Assembly: GCA_964291655.2 (NCBI GenBank)
Contig: OZ219802.1
Span: 2,579,964 to 2,643,963 of the forward strand
Reading direction: 5' to 3'
Origin: Chloroflexota bacterium
GTDB lineage: Bacteria; Chloroflexota; UBA11872; VXOZ01
Length of the DNA stretch: 64,000 bases
Positions 10,801-20,375 of this stretch are shown in pieces. The notes beneath the pieces were generated by a model that was given only the letters and a program-made list of their open reading frames with translations, was not told the DNA's origin and made no database searches. Within the stretch, counting starts at the first letter, position 1. Each line of letters opens with the position of its first letter. The position numbers and the translations under genes are program-made.

Positions 10801-11195
10801 GCATCCGGGGTCGGAGTAGGTGGAGGCGTCGGGATGGGAGTAGGCGTTGCGATGCCACCGCCGGGGGCGTAGTCGGCTTCCCACGCAAAGCGCTCGGTGT
10901 CGAGGCGCTGTTCCAGGCCGTTGGGGCCGTCGATCCAGGTGCGGTAGCCGTCGGTGAAGGCGGTCCGGTTATCGGCTTTGCGCCAGACCAGGAGGCCGCC
11001 GGTGGTTTGTTGCAGGGCATCGCCGTTGGCGCCGTGGCGCTCGTTTTCCAGGCACTCGCCTACGATGTCATGGCCGATAAGGTCGCGGAGAGTCGCAAAG
11101 CCGAGCACGAACTGGCACTCCGCGGCTACGGCAGTACTGGGCAGGAGAAGAAAGAGAGCCAAGGCAAGGAGCAGGGCAATTCGTTTCACTGTCAC
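7815..11195 (-). CDS. Secreted NHL-repeat beta-propeller protein (1126 aa) with a conserved N-terminal module and PT-rich linker
   Basis: Signal peptide; NHL repeats (GNLYVPDSLNNRVL, GNLWVADAANHRVLRF, ADLVLGQPNF). Paralog of 11514..14891. Confidence 0.85.
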   Translation of the reverse strand: MTVKRIALLLALALFLLLPSTAVAAECQFVLGFATLRDLIGHDIVGECLENERHGANGDALQQTTGGLLVWRKADNRTAFTDGYRTWIDGPNGLEQRLDTERFAWEADYAPGGGIATPTPIPTPPPTPTPDASAMAVQILQNLPWVRDGLTSLEEQAVASLQELGGRSPHALGTLIASRMKWLPPRNEVELAALEQLVAMSAIDESGVLQLIRTHFLFSIERADVDALRALNVELGFNSNALQETLSHPALGLATAKNVTVVAALLSLRRSDPEAAAAIAALPWVRDGIRSQPPLYRGFEFELNRVSDLIDWARNSRSAFTDLMGKPRILNDFAPFPRTKAVRGVSGDLWADVIIGQPDFSQVSEEQVVPFKVFNPGGVVVDRSVSPGRAYIWDAGNSRILGIDLSTCYAGEGPCSADVVIGQPSAFDHSACNGDSNVQNYPVRAAASAKTLCGITDVAISVDEEHTFVTMAVDAHGNLYVPDSLNNRVLKYNRPFETDSIADEVWGQSDFSGIVCNRDRPGMQPTRETLCFHSSSFRSRVGLGWFASGVETDPAGNLWVADAANHRVLRFPLNHATGSIAKQADLVLGQPNFQSNEWGTGLSQLDSPAAVRSDAQGHVYVADKGNDRILVFTPPYSSGMPATSMFSSNLNRPTTLEVDPIKNGMWITSSDSNGLVFWNMRDSGTGAPLMSIPGRSGGGIGIDSSGNLLLPLILFAQDVYRFPASRLNTQASSIGEPDKRLFYPPGGINFKGDREIRNGTGVAVFKDQLIAADTKRLLFWNGVAGLRNGQPADGVVGETHWTPARETCCGQIKVDGAGRLWVLGTDVTRYINVYQLPLTTHSEPIKTISTLQASFPVLGSSERVWLGPTTFRVPGERADVSRGPYIRGIAPVGNGEAVWISDAYNHRVLRLRNPLGEPVVDVILGQKSATGNKCNRRAYIGPWDRPQDVGGAPAADMLCFPGALTIDRLGNLFVSDHSLEVAGNWRLLVFPPDVTTADNASAIFAPAATKVFTDLGAVEERYFANAWDPGQTVETGRVYLRSRQTATWEPAFDSTNRMVVGYNSYMAPRFVGYYDSPLGPNTTPNGFLKDLGSMPYAATFDENDNLYVADQNRNRILIYWRPFENR

Positions 11196-11513
11196 CTCTC
11201 CAATTATTCCGCAGTAGGTCGAAAGGATAGCCTAGTACTGGGTGCAGCGTACAGAAGCAGCGAAACCATTGTACCTGAGAGGTCAATACGAATGCTGAAT
11301 ATATTGCCGAGTGCAGGGCAAGTAGGGAATTGCGCGAAGAAGGGGCGCAGCCGCAACAGAAGTAGATGTGCCGAGTTTACTTGGGGCAGGGATGCGGCCG
11401 GCGCAGGTTACGTACAGACTAGGCGTGGCTTTGCAGCGCCTACAGCGGTCGCACATTCTGATGCAATGGCGGTATTTGCAGTTCAAGCCATGCAATTGTG
11501 GAGAACTCTGCGG

Positions 11514-14500
11514 CTAGCGGGATGGGTTGTTGAACGGTTTCCAGTATATGAGCACCCTATTGCGATTGAGGTCGGCGACGTACAGGTTATCGTTTTCGTC
11601 GAATGTGGCCGCGTATGGCATCGAGCCCAAGTCGTTGAAGAAGCCGCTGGGCACGGTGCTCGGGCCGAGAGGATCGTCGTAGAACCCGACGAATCTCAGC
11701 CCCATGTAGCTGTTGAAACCCACCACCATCCTGTTCGTGCTATCGAATGCGGGTTCCCAGGCGGCAACCCTGTCTACCTGCGAGTGACCGCTTACCTTTG
11801 TAGCGTGTCTCGGCTCAAAACGTCGTGGCTGGAGGTATTTGCCTTTTACTACGCCCAAGCTATCAATTACTTTGGTCGCGGAGGGCGCATAGATCACTGT
11901 TTGATTGTCGAATGGGATTGAGCCGGCTGCAAAGACGAGGAGCCGATTGTTGCCGGCTACTTCCAGTGAGTGGTCGGAGACATAGAGGTTGCCAAGCCGG
12001 TCAATAGAGAGCGCGCCCGGGAAGCAGAGCATGTCGGCTGTCGGCGGACTGGTGGAGTCTTCAGGATTATCCCAAGCGCCAATATGTGCTTGACGATTGC
12101 ACTTGGTACCCGTCACACTTTTCTGTCCTAGGATTACGTCAACGACAGGATCGCTAAGGGGATCGCGAATGCGCAAGACGCGATGGCTGTACGCATCGCT
12201 TATCCAGACAGACTCGCCACTGCCTACCGGCGCGATGCCGCGAATAAAGGGACCTGCTGTCGCCTCTGTACTGCGCTCAGGGGCTTGAAATGTGGTGGGG
12301 CCGAGTGTGACCGTTTTGTTTGTTCCGAGTACCGGGAAGCTCGCTCCCTTCGTTTCTATAGTCTTAATGGGGACAGATTGTGCAGTGAGCGGTAATTCAT
12401 AGACTTTGATATACCGCGTTTCATCGGTGCCAAGGACCCACAACCTTCCCGCTCCATCCACTTTGATCTGGCCACAGCACCTTTCCCAATCCGGCGACCA
12501 GTGGGTCTCACCAACGATGCCATCAGCAACCTCGCCATTCTTAAGGTCAGAAACTCCGTTCCAAAACAACAATCGCTTCGTGTCCGCCGCGATGAGTTGG
12601 TCTTGATATACCGCCAGGCCGATTCCGTTGCGTAGCTCTCTATCTCCCTGGTAGTTGATTCCGCCGGGTGGGTAAAACAGGCGCTTATCCGGCAAACTAA
12701 CCACCCCACTGCCTATCTCCGGGATAGGAGCTGGAAAGCGTAGGACGTCCTGGGTGAAACGGACTACCGGCATCAGCACATTCGCTTCAGAATCGATGCC
12801 GATCCCGCCTCCACTAATGCACGTACCTGGATTGCCGGGGACGCTCGTTAGATTGAGACCCCCACACTTACCATCCGGTTGGTACGCATTCTTCCCAAGG
12901 ACCTTTCGTACATTAATGCCATCCCAATCCCAAAGCTCGAGCATCTTGTTTTCGGAGTCGTTTACCCACAGACCGTCGTTGTTAGGGTCGATTTCGATTG
13001 AAGTCGGACGGCTAAATTTGGAACCAAAATCGGAAGTTGCTGCCATACCCGAACTGAAAGGAGGCGTGAAGACCAAAACACGGTTGTTGCCCTTATCAGC
13101 CACGTATACGTGCCCTCTGGGGTCGACTCTAATCGCCGCCGGTGAATCGAGCCGGTCAAGTCCATCGCCCCACTCTTTACTGCGAAAGTCTGGTTGACCG
13201 AGCACCAGATCAGCCTGTTTGGCGATGGCGCCAGTGGAGCGATCTAGGGAGAAGCGAAGCACGCGATGATTGGCGGCGTCCGCGACCCAGAGGTTGCCAG
13301 CGGGATCGACTTCCACACCACTAGCGAACCAGCCCGTACGGAATCTAAAGGACCACGTATTGAAGCAAAGCGTTTCCCGGGTGGGTGAGAATTCTGGAAA
13401 ATCCCGGTTGCAGACCATGCCCGAGAAGTCCTGCTGTCCCCAAACCTCATCGGCTATTGAGTCGGTCTCGAACGGGCGCTCATACTTGAGCACGCGATTA
13501 TTGAGGGAATCCGGCACATACAAGTTGCCTTGGTCGTCGACCGCCATAGTCACGTAGGTGTGTTCTTCATCCACGGAAATTGCAACGTCAGGGATACCAC
13601 AGAGAGTTTCGGCGCTGGGGGCAGGGCGCATGGGGAAGCCCTGTACATTGGAGTCTCCGTTGCAGGCGGAGTGATCAAATGCCGTTGGTTGGCCGATGAC
13701 TACGTCTGCCGAACATGGTCCCTCCCCGGCATAACACGTGCGCAGATCAATACCGAGAATTCGGCTGTTGCCTGCGTCCCAAATGTAGGCCCTGCCCGGA
13801 GAAACTGAGCGATCGACAACGACGCCGCCCGGATTGAACACCTTGAACGGCACCACCTGCACTTCAGAGACCTGCGAAAAGTCCGGTTGGCCGATGATGA
13901 CGTCGGCCCAGAGGTCGCCGGCCACGCCTCTGACCGCCTTCGTGCGGGGAAAGGGTGCAAAGTCGTTCAGAATCGAGGGTTTGCTAATCAAGTTGGTGAA
14001 CGTCTGTGGGGATCTGCGTGCCCAGTCTATGAGATCCAACACTCTATTCAGTTCGAATTCGTACTCAGTCTTGAGCAGAGAGAGGCTACTGCCGTAGCGC
14101 ACCCAGGGCAGTGCCCTGATCGCCGTCGCAGCCTTGGGATCGCTGCGCCTAAGGGACGCGAGCGCGGCGACAACTGCGGGGTTCTTCACGACAGCCTTGC
14201 GTAACGGCGACCGTGCGAGCGCCTCCTGGAGCGCATGAGGATTGGATTCCAACTCGGTGCGCAGCGCCTCAATCACGTCCAAGTCGACGGTTTCAATGGT
14301 AGAAAAGAAGGTCATGTCAATGAGCCGCTGCACGCCGGCTGCGTCAATGGCACTCATGGCAACGAGCTGTTCGAGCGTCGCGAGTTCCACTGCATTGCGG
14401 GGCGGTAGCCAGCTCCTGCGAGAGTCCAAGAGGGTACGCAGGACTTGAGAGGAATTCTTCGTCAACGCTTGCAGAGACGCAACCCCGTGCGTTTCCAGGT

Positions 14501-14891
14501 CGGTCAACCCGTCCTGCACCCAAGGCAGTGCTGCTATTGCCTGTTCCGCTTCCCATGGCAAGAATTCAGTGTTGAGCCGCTGTTCCAGGCCGTTGGGGCC
14601 GTTGATCCAGGTGCGGTAGCCGTCGGTGAAGGCGGTCCAGTTGTCGGCTTTGCGCCAGACCAGGAGGCCGCCGGTGGTTTGTTGCAGGCCGTCGCCGTTG
14701 GCGCCGTGGTGCTCGTTCTCCAAGCATTCACCGACGATCTCGTGGCCGATGAGGTCGCGCAGCGCCTTGAAGCCCAGGACGAACTGGCACTCCGCCGCCG
14801 AGAGAGATGTCGGCAGGAGCAGGAACAGAGCGAAGCCCAGTAGTACCGCAAGACGTCTAATAGCGGACTCTCCGGTCCCTATCAAGGGCAT
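11514..14891 (-). CDS. Secreted NHL-repeat beta-propeller protein (about 1120 aa), tandem paralog
   Basis: Same architecture, with long near-identical blocks shared with 7815..11195. Exact start uncertain. Confidence 0.85.
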   Translation of the reverse strand: MPLIGTGESAIRRLAVLLGFALFLLLPTSLSAAECQFVLGFKALRDLIGHEIVGECLENEHHGANGDGLQQTTGGLLVWRKADNWTAFTDGYRTWINGPNGLEQRLNTEFLPWEAEQAIAALPWVQDGLTDLETHGVASLQALTKNSSQVLRTLLDSRRSWLPPRNAVELATLEQLVAMSAIDAAGVQRLIDMTFFSTIETVDLDVIEALRTELESNPHALQEALARSPLRKAVVKNPAVVAALASLRRSDPKAATAIRALPWVRYGSSLSLLKTEYEFELNRVLDLIDWARRSPQTFTNLISKPSILNDFAPFPRTKAVRGVAGDLWADVIIGQPDFSQVSEVQVVPFKVFNPGGVVVDRSVSPGRAYIWDAGNSRILGIDLRTCYAGEGPCSADVVIGQPTAFDHSACNGDSNVQGFPMRPAPSAETLCGIPDVAISVDEEHTYVTMAVDDQGNLYVPDSLNNRVLKYERPFETDSIADEVWGQQDFSGMVCNRDFPEFSPTRETLCFNTWSFRFRTGWFASGVEVDPAGNLWVADAANHRVLRFSLDRSTGAIAKQADLVLGQPDFRSKEWGDGLDRLDSPAAIRVDPRGHVYVADKGNNRVLVFTPPFSSGMAATSDFGSKFSRPTSIEIDPNNDGLWVNDSENKMLELWDWDGINVRKVLGKNAYQPDGKCGGLNLTSVPGNPGTCISGGGIGIDSEANVLMPVVRFTQDVLRFPAPIPEIGSGVVSLPDKRLFYPPGGINYQGDRELRNGIGLAVYQDQLIAADTKRLLFWNGVSDLKNGEVADGIVGETHWSPDWERCCGQIKVDGAGRLWVLGTDETRYIKVYELPLTAQSVPIKTIETKGASFPVLGTNKTVTLGPTTFQAPERSTEATAGPFIRGIAPVGSGESVWISDAYSHRVLRIRDPLSDPVVDVILGQKSVTGTKCNRQAHIGAWDNPEDSTSPPTADMLCFPGALSIDRLGNLYVSDHSLEVAGNNRLLVFAAGSIPFDNQTVIYAPSATKVIDSLGVVKGKYLQPRRFEPRHATKVSGHSQVDRVAAWEPAFDSTNRMVVGFNSYMGLRFVGFYDDPLGPSTVPSGFFNDLGSMPYAATFDENDNLYVADLNRNRVLIYWKPFNNPSR

Positions 14892-15397
14892 ATTGAGTCA
14901 GGCTTCGAATAGTTAGCTATGTTTGGCGACTACTATGCAGTTTCAATCAGACCTTTACGATCATACTCCATAACTAGTGTAATGTAAACATTTAATGTTT
15001 TGACATATCTGCCGCGTTTACGGCTTGTGCCGCAACTAAGATGATCTGGCGGCTTCCTCGCAATGCTCGCGGCTTGCTTGCGCTTGCCAAGCTGGTATAC
15101 TACTTCCAATGATGGTCGCCGACCTTGTGGAGCATCCGGTGGTGAAAACGCTGTTAGCGGCTTGTGTATCAACGTTCAAGCCGGAAACTAAGGTGAAAGG
15201 AGGATGAGCGACAGCGCTTGCATCAGGGGATACGTTTTGATAGAGAATGCTCCCGCGATGCTGTCAACAGGCTTGCTCTGAGCGTTTCAGGTGGACTATG
15301 AGATGGGCGCGAACAGGAAGACGTTTGCGGCTGGCGGTGCCAGTACTTTGAGACGGATGACGATGAATTTGCATAGATATACCCGGAGGAAGAATAC

Positions 15398-16789
15398 GTG
15401 AAAGCAAGAGTAACTCGACGAACATTGCTCGGCGGCAGCTTGGTGGCTGGCGCCGGTTTGCTCGCGGCCGCGTGCGGGCAGGCCGTAACTACGATGCCGG
15501 CCGAGGGCGAAGCCCCGGCAGCCCAGGAAGAGGCTAAGCCGGCTGAGGAAACCAAGGCCGCGGAGCCGAAGACGGTACGCTACCTCCACTACACCACCAC
15601 GCAGGCGGTGTGGGAGGACAACTTCGGCCAGATTTTCGATAATTTCCGGGCGCAATTCCCCGAAGCTATCCTGGAAGTGGACCCGGTAACCGGCGGTTTT
15701 GGCGTGCTCATCGAGAAAGCCGTGAGTTCGTTTGCGGGCAACGTGCCCATTGACATGTACTACGGCCACTTCTCCTATATCAGCCAGTTTGCGCAGAACG
15801 AGATGATCCAGCCGCTGGACCCGTTCATCGCGAAAGACGGTGACGTGTCCCGCGACGATTTCTACGATCATGCGCTGGAGAAGATCGCCGGTCAGATTTA
15901 CGGCATTGCCTGGTTCAACCAGGGCAAGGAATTTTGGTACAACGCAGACCAGGCAACTGAAGCCGGTCTCACCTCGCCGGCCGATCTGGCGGCGGAGGGC
16001 AAGTGGACGTGGGACGCTGCGCTTGAGTTTGCGCAGAAGCTCACCAAGAAGGAAGGCGCAAACACCACGCGCTGGGGCTTCTTCTACGCCTACCATTCCA
16101 CCGGCTGGTTCGGGCATCACCTGAAGGCCTGGGGCGCGGACTGGTGGAACGCCGACATCAGCGCGGCGACGATGACCACGCCCGAATTCGCGGCTGCGGT
16201 TTCGGCCGCACAGGACCTGGTTACGAAGCACGAAGTCTCGCCGCGCATCAGTACGCCGCGTGAGAATGACGCTGCGGCTTCATTCGAAGAAGAGACCCTC
16301 TCGTCGCGCCTGGCAAGCGGCGCCAATACGCGCAGCTTCCAAGCGAACATCATGTCCAAGGATAATCCCTTTAACATTGGGCACACGCTGCTGCCCGAGG
16401 GTCCCGGCGGACGCACCACCATTCAGGCGTTGAACGCGAACTATCTGAGTTCATCGGCGCCACAAGCGGATCTAGCCTGGGAACTCTATAAGATTCTCGT
16501 TGGGCCGGAATCCGACCAGCAGATTGCTCAGCTCGGCGGCCGCCGCTACACGGCCAGCCGCAAGCAGAGCCCGGTGACCCTGTGGCCCTATGAGGATGCC
16601 AATGTCTACGCCCAGATGGCGGAGCTAAGCGAGGGCGCCAAGCAGATTGTGAAGCAATCTGAGGTCAATGGCGCTTGGAGTCAGGGCTGGAAAGACATCG
16701 AGGACGGCGCGCGCACCATCCAGGATGTCCAGGACGAGTTGCAACAAGTGGCTACGGTTGCCCTGGAAGAGGGTGGCTGCATCTGCTAG
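15398..16789 (+). CDS. Extracellular solute-binding lipoprotein (Tat signal), carbohydrate ABC family 1
   Basis: TRRTLL twin-arginine motif, LAAAC lipobox, WTWD and LPEGPGG motifs. SD GGAG upstream. Ends EGGCIC. Confidence 0.88.
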   Translation: MKARVTRRTLLGGSLVAGAGLLAAACGQAVTTMPAEGEAPAAQEEAKPAEETKAAEPKTVRYLHYTTTQAVWEDNFGQIFDNFRAQFPEAILEVDPVTGGFGVLIEKAVSSFAGNVPIDMYYGHFSYISQFAQNEMIQPLDPFIAKDGDVSRDDFYDHALEKIAGQIYGIAWFNQGKEFWYNADQATEAGLTSPADLAAEGKWTWDAALEFAQKLTKKEGANTTRWGFFYAYHSTGWFGHHLKAWGADWWNADISAATMTTPEFAAAVSAAQDLVTKHEVSPRISTPRENDAAASFEEETLSSRLASGANTRSFQANIMSKDNPFNIGHTLLPEGPGGRTTIQALNANYLSSSAPQADLAWELYKILVGPESDQQIAQLGGRRYTASRKQSPVTLWPYEDANVYAQMAELSEGAKQIVKQSEVNGAWSQGWKDIEDGARTIQDVQDELQQVATVALEEGGCIC

Positions 16790-16820
16790 CTTTAGGCTCT
16801 TGCCGTAGGCGTTGAAGAAT

Positions 16821-16850
16821 GAGAGGGACACGAGAGATCGTGTCCCTCTC
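16821..16850 (+). terminator. Stem-loop downstream of the SBP gene (putative terminator)
   Basis: GAGAGGGACACGA-GAGA-TCGTGTCCCTCTC: 13-bp perfect stem with no strong U-tail. Confidence 0.5.
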
Positions 16851-17229
16851 GGTCTGTGGTGAGACGGACGCAGGTTGCGAACCCGCGCCACTCTATAATT
16901 GAAGGATGCTTAGTAACCGTCTCTCTGGATTCCCTAGTGGTACCACTGGGATTCGCCCCCTTGGAACGATTAAATGCCGGTTGGGGCACGAAATGTCGTG
17001 CCCCTACATGGGCAGCGACCAGGATAGGAGCAGGGCTCGCCATGCTGTGGCGTTGACAGCGAGCGAAGGCCCTCGCGCATCTTAGCGAGGCCAAGCGCAT
17101 CCGTGCACAGGAGTCACGCGTGCGGTACTATCTCACTCATGGAAAGCCTCGGTTTTGGCAGTGTTCTCCATTGAACGGTTGATTTTGCAATCGGAAACTC
17201 TAAGCTTAACGAAAGGATAGCGGTAGCCA

Positions 17230-18219
17230 ATGGCGTACAGAGTTGGCTTGGTTGGCGTAGAGCAGCACGTGCCGCACGTGATTGCGGGCATAGATGAATC
17301 GGATGAGATTGAGCTCGTGGCGGTTGCTCAAGCAGGCACTCGCGCCGGTGAGCTGGAGGAAAAATACGGCGCGCGAATTTACGACGACCACACGACAATG
17401 TTTGCCCGGGAGCAACTCGACGTGGCGGCGGTCTGTCTGATTCCCGCCGAGCAGGGACGGGTTGTGATTGACGCGTTGAATGCGGGACTGCACGTCACCG
17501 CCGACAAGCCCTTGATGATCACACAGGAAGAGCTTGACGCCACCGCGGCGTTGGTGAAACTGCATCCGGACCACAAGGTCGGGCAGCTCTTCACACTGCG
17601 GGGGACGCCCGGTTACGCGAAGCTGCACGAGATCGTGCGCAGCGGCGCTATTGGCGACGTCGTGCAGAGCTACGGCCTGCGCTCAGCCTTGGAGAAGCGC
17701 GAGCAGCGCGCCCCGTGGTTCTTCGACGAGCGGCTCTCCGGCGGCCCTATTCCCGATCTGCTCATTCACGACATCGACGCCCTCCGCTGGATTACGGGTC
17801 TGGAATACACACACGTGCTGGCACGGGAGTCCAACTTCGCCCGGCCCGACGATCCTTACTACCGCAATGCCGGTCAACTCTACTTCCTGCAAGAGCGGAA
17901 CGCGACCGCCATCATGGAGCACCACCGCCTGGTGAGCCCGGCGTTTGCGGGCATGGACTGCCGCATGAAGGTGGTGGGCACCGATGGGCAGGTGGAGATT
18001 ACGGCCAAGGGCGAGGTGATTCTCTACAATAGCGACCATGCGGGGCAGGTGACAGATTTGCCCAGCGCGCAAAACGTGTTCGCCGATTTCGCGATTAAGG
18101 CTTGCTCCGGTCAGGAGCCGCTGGTGGACACCGCGAGCGCGTTGCAGTCCATGCAGGTGGCGCTCACTGCCAAGGCGGCGGCAGAGGCGGACGCGTTGGT
18201 AGCGATCCCACAAATCTAG
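17230..18219 (+). CDS. Gfo/Idh/MocA family oxidoreductase
   Basis: RVGLVG Rossmann start, AGLHVTADKP and SGGPIPDLLIHDID motifs. Confidence 0.88.
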   Translation: MAYRVGLVGVEQHVPHVIAGIDESDEIELVAVAQAGTRAGELEEKYGARIYDDHTTMFAREQLDVAAVCLIPAEQGRVVIDALNAGLHVTADKPLMITQEELDATAALVKLHPDHKVGQLFTLRGTPGYAKLHEIVRSGAIGDVVQSYGLRSALEKREQRAPWFFDERLSGGPIPDLLIHDIDALRWITGLEYTHVLARESNFARPDDPYYRNAGQLYFLQERNATAIMEHHRLVSPAFAGMDCRMKVVGTDGQVEITAKGEVILYNSDHAGQVTDLPSAQNVFADFAIKACSGQEPLVDTASALQSMQVALTAKAAAEADALVAIPQI

Positions 18220-18300
18220 TCTCTTGCTCTCTTTCCAAATGCCGGGGTAGTGGAAATTTATCAATGACTGGCTCTGGGAGCCAAGCAGTGGCTTAGGATG

Positions 18301-18652
18301 GCCTTCGACAGGCTCAGGCCGAACGGAGGCTAGGCTCTCACTGTTTTGGAAGGAGAGTCTCTGCACACTGGTGGGTTGGCCTTCGACAGGCTCAGGCCGA
18401 ACGATAGAGTAGGTTCTGGTGTGGGCGGGCCTAAAGGCTCAGGCCGAACGGCAGAGTAAGTTCTGGTGTGGGCGGGCCTAAAGGCTCAGGCCGAACGGTA
18501 AAGTAGGTTCCGGCGTGGGTGGGCCTAAAGGCTCAGGCCGAACGGTGAGCGGCTTTCCCTTCATGGCGAGATTTGGCTCTCTCCGTTTGTGGTGAGCATG
18601 CCTTTCCTAAGCACTTCGACAAGCTCAGTACAGGCCTGTCGAAGCATCGAAC
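18301..18652. repeat. Family-D repeats (CCTTCGACAGGCTCAGG type), including a 47-bp tandem array at 18389-18545
   Basis: GGCTCAGGCCGAACG recurs at 18389, 18436, 18483 and 18530 (period 47). Nested copies near 18600-18650. Confidence 0.85.
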
Positions 18653-18790
18653 CAGGAGTGGCAATACAGGGCGCTTAGGCTTGCGCATGAGCTGGTTGCG
18701 CTAAGAATGCATTTCACGGGCTCTGAGGTCCGTGTCCCTTACCGCAAAACTGTGTATAATCCAATAAATCAACTTGGAAAGGAGCGTTTC

Positions 18791-20074
18791 ATGGCTATCA
18801 AGAGTCCTGCGGACGTGAGTCTGGCCATTGAGGGAGGTACGCCGGTGCGGGGGGCGGATAACCCGCTGCCGCAAGTCTTTCCTCGCTATGTGCCAGAGAG
18901 CGCCTACGACAACGTGCGCGCGGTGTTGGACGGCGGCGTTTCCAGCAACATGATCAGCCGCTTCGAGGAGGCGTTTGCCGAGGCCACCGGCACGAAATAC
19001 TGCGTTTCCATTGCGAATTGCACGGCCGCGCTCCACTCCCTCTATGCTGGCTTGGACGCCGGCCCGGGCGACGAAATCGTCGTGAGTCCCATTACCGACT
19101 TCGGCACAATCGCCGGCATCATTGCCCAGGGGGCAATCCCAGTCTTTCCCGATGTGGACGTGCGCACGGGAAACGTCACCGCCGAGACCATCGCAAAAGT
19201 GCTGTCGCCGCGCACGGCAGTCATCGTTGCCGTTCACTTCTACGGTCTGCTCTGCCCAATGGAAGAGATTGTGGCGCTGGGGAAGAGCAAGAACATCACC
19301 GTCGTAGAAGATGTCTGCCAAGCGCCGCTGGCGAACTATTCAGGACGGAATGTGAAGGGAAAAGCGGGTTCGCTGGGCGACGTCGGCGGCTTTTCATTTG
19401 ATGCGGAAAAGCACTTAACGGCGGACCATGGCGGGGCCGTTACCACGGATAGTGAGAAAGTCGCCGATCGTGTGCGGAGCTTTGCGCTCACGCGCGGCGC
19501 CGTTTCGCACCCGAACTACGGTCGCAAGCACGAATCGTTCGGCCTGAACTATCGCTTCGGTCAGTTCCAGGCGGGACTGGCGTTGGCCGAGCTTGGGGTG
19601 CTCGAGGAGCAGAACGAGCGGCGGCGGCAGGGAGCTGCCCACCTAAACTCTCTAATTGATGAGATTGACGGTCTTACGCCGCCATTCACTCCTCCAGGAA
19701 GCGACCATATTCACTGGCTCTACCACGTGCGTCTCGATCTCGATCAGTTCCGGTGCACCATCTGGGAGTTTTCGAAAGCGCTCTTGGCTGAAGGCCTCAC
19801 GCCGGGCGCCGGCCCCGCGCCGTACTATCTCGTGCCCGATAGCCATGTCTTCATGCAGGACAAGGCGCACGTTGCCGGCAGGTCTGGCTGGCCGTGGGAC
19901 CATCCGATGAACGAATTTGCCAAAGACATCGAATACAGCGCTGACATGTGCCCCCAGGCCAAGGAGCACGTGGACACCACCGTCCGCTGGACGTGGACCG
20001 ATAAGCACTCCACCGAAGACATCGAGGACATGGCGACGATGTTCGCAAAGGTGGCGGATTACTATCGGGTATAG
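18791..20074 (+). CDS. DegT/DnrJ/EryC1/StrS family PLP-dependent aminotransferase
   Basis: NCTAALH, GPGDEIVV, VHFYG, VEDVCQA and FSFDAEKHL (PLP Lys) motifs. SD AAGGAG. Extended -10 TGTGTATAAT at 18751-18760. Confidence 0.9.
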   Translation: MAIKSPADVSLAIEGGTPVRGADNPLPQVFPRYVPESAYDNVRAVLDGGVSSNMISRFEEAFAEATGTKYCVSIANCTAALHSLYAGLDAGPGDEIVVSPITDFGTIAGIIAQGAIPVFPDVDVRTGNVTAETIAKVLSPRTAVIVAVHFYGLLCPMEEIVALGKSKNITVVEDVCQAPLANYSGRNVKGKAGSLGDVGGFSFDAEKHLTADHGGAVTTDSEKVADRVRSFALTRGAVSHPNYGRKHESFGLNYRFGQFQAGLALAELGVLEEQNERRRQGAAHLNSLIDEIDGLTPPFTPPGSDHIHWLYHVRLDLDQFRCTIWEFSKALLAEGLTPGAGPAPYYLVPDSHVFMQDKAHVAGRSGWPWDHPMNEFAKDIEYSADMCPQAKEHVDTTVRWTWTDKHSTEDIEDMATMFAKVADYYRV

Positions 20075-20165
20075 GTCGAGAGACTCGTATCGGATCCTCA
20101 GCAAATTCCATCACAGAGATTGTGAGTGGGGACCTTGCCGGAAGGATCAGTGACATCGTAAGAAA

Positions 20166-20193
20166 AGAGCGCAGGCCCTTGGGCCTGCGCTCT
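20166..20193. terminator. GC-rich hairpin between convergent units
   Basis: AGAGCGCAGGCCC-TT-GGGCCTGCGCTCT perfect inverted repeat. Confidence 0.55.
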
Positions 20194-20240
20194 GTCTCAT
20201 GCGCCACGGTGTACCGATTGCTTATTCCATCTTTTGAGAC

Positions 20241-20375
20241 TCAGAGTTGCGGTAATCCGTGCACCTCATCAAGGGATTCGCCATAGCGGGCAACACCCAA
20301 TTCCTCGCAGTCACCAACCCACTGACCCTCTTCTTGGAAGTACCGCAGCGTGAGATACACATAGCTCTCTGCCAC
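20241..20375 (-). pseudogene. Truncated HicB-like antitoxin fragment
   Basis: EEGQWVGDCEELGVARYGESLDE resembles a HicB N-terminus. GTG start with GGGAGG SD. Stops after 44 aa. Confidence 0.5.

Noticed and set aside
7815-14891. Diversity-generating retroelement behind the paralog variation
   Set aside because: No reverse transcriptase in the window, and no adenine-specific TR/VR pattern was seen.
14900-15397. Structured RNA in the long leader of the SBP gene
   Set aside because: No recognisable riboswitch consensus by eye; an Rfam search would be needed.
18389-18545. Possible CRISPR array (47-bp period)
   Set aside because: The would-be spacers are near-identical to each other, the repeat is a REP fragment, and there are no cas genes in the window.
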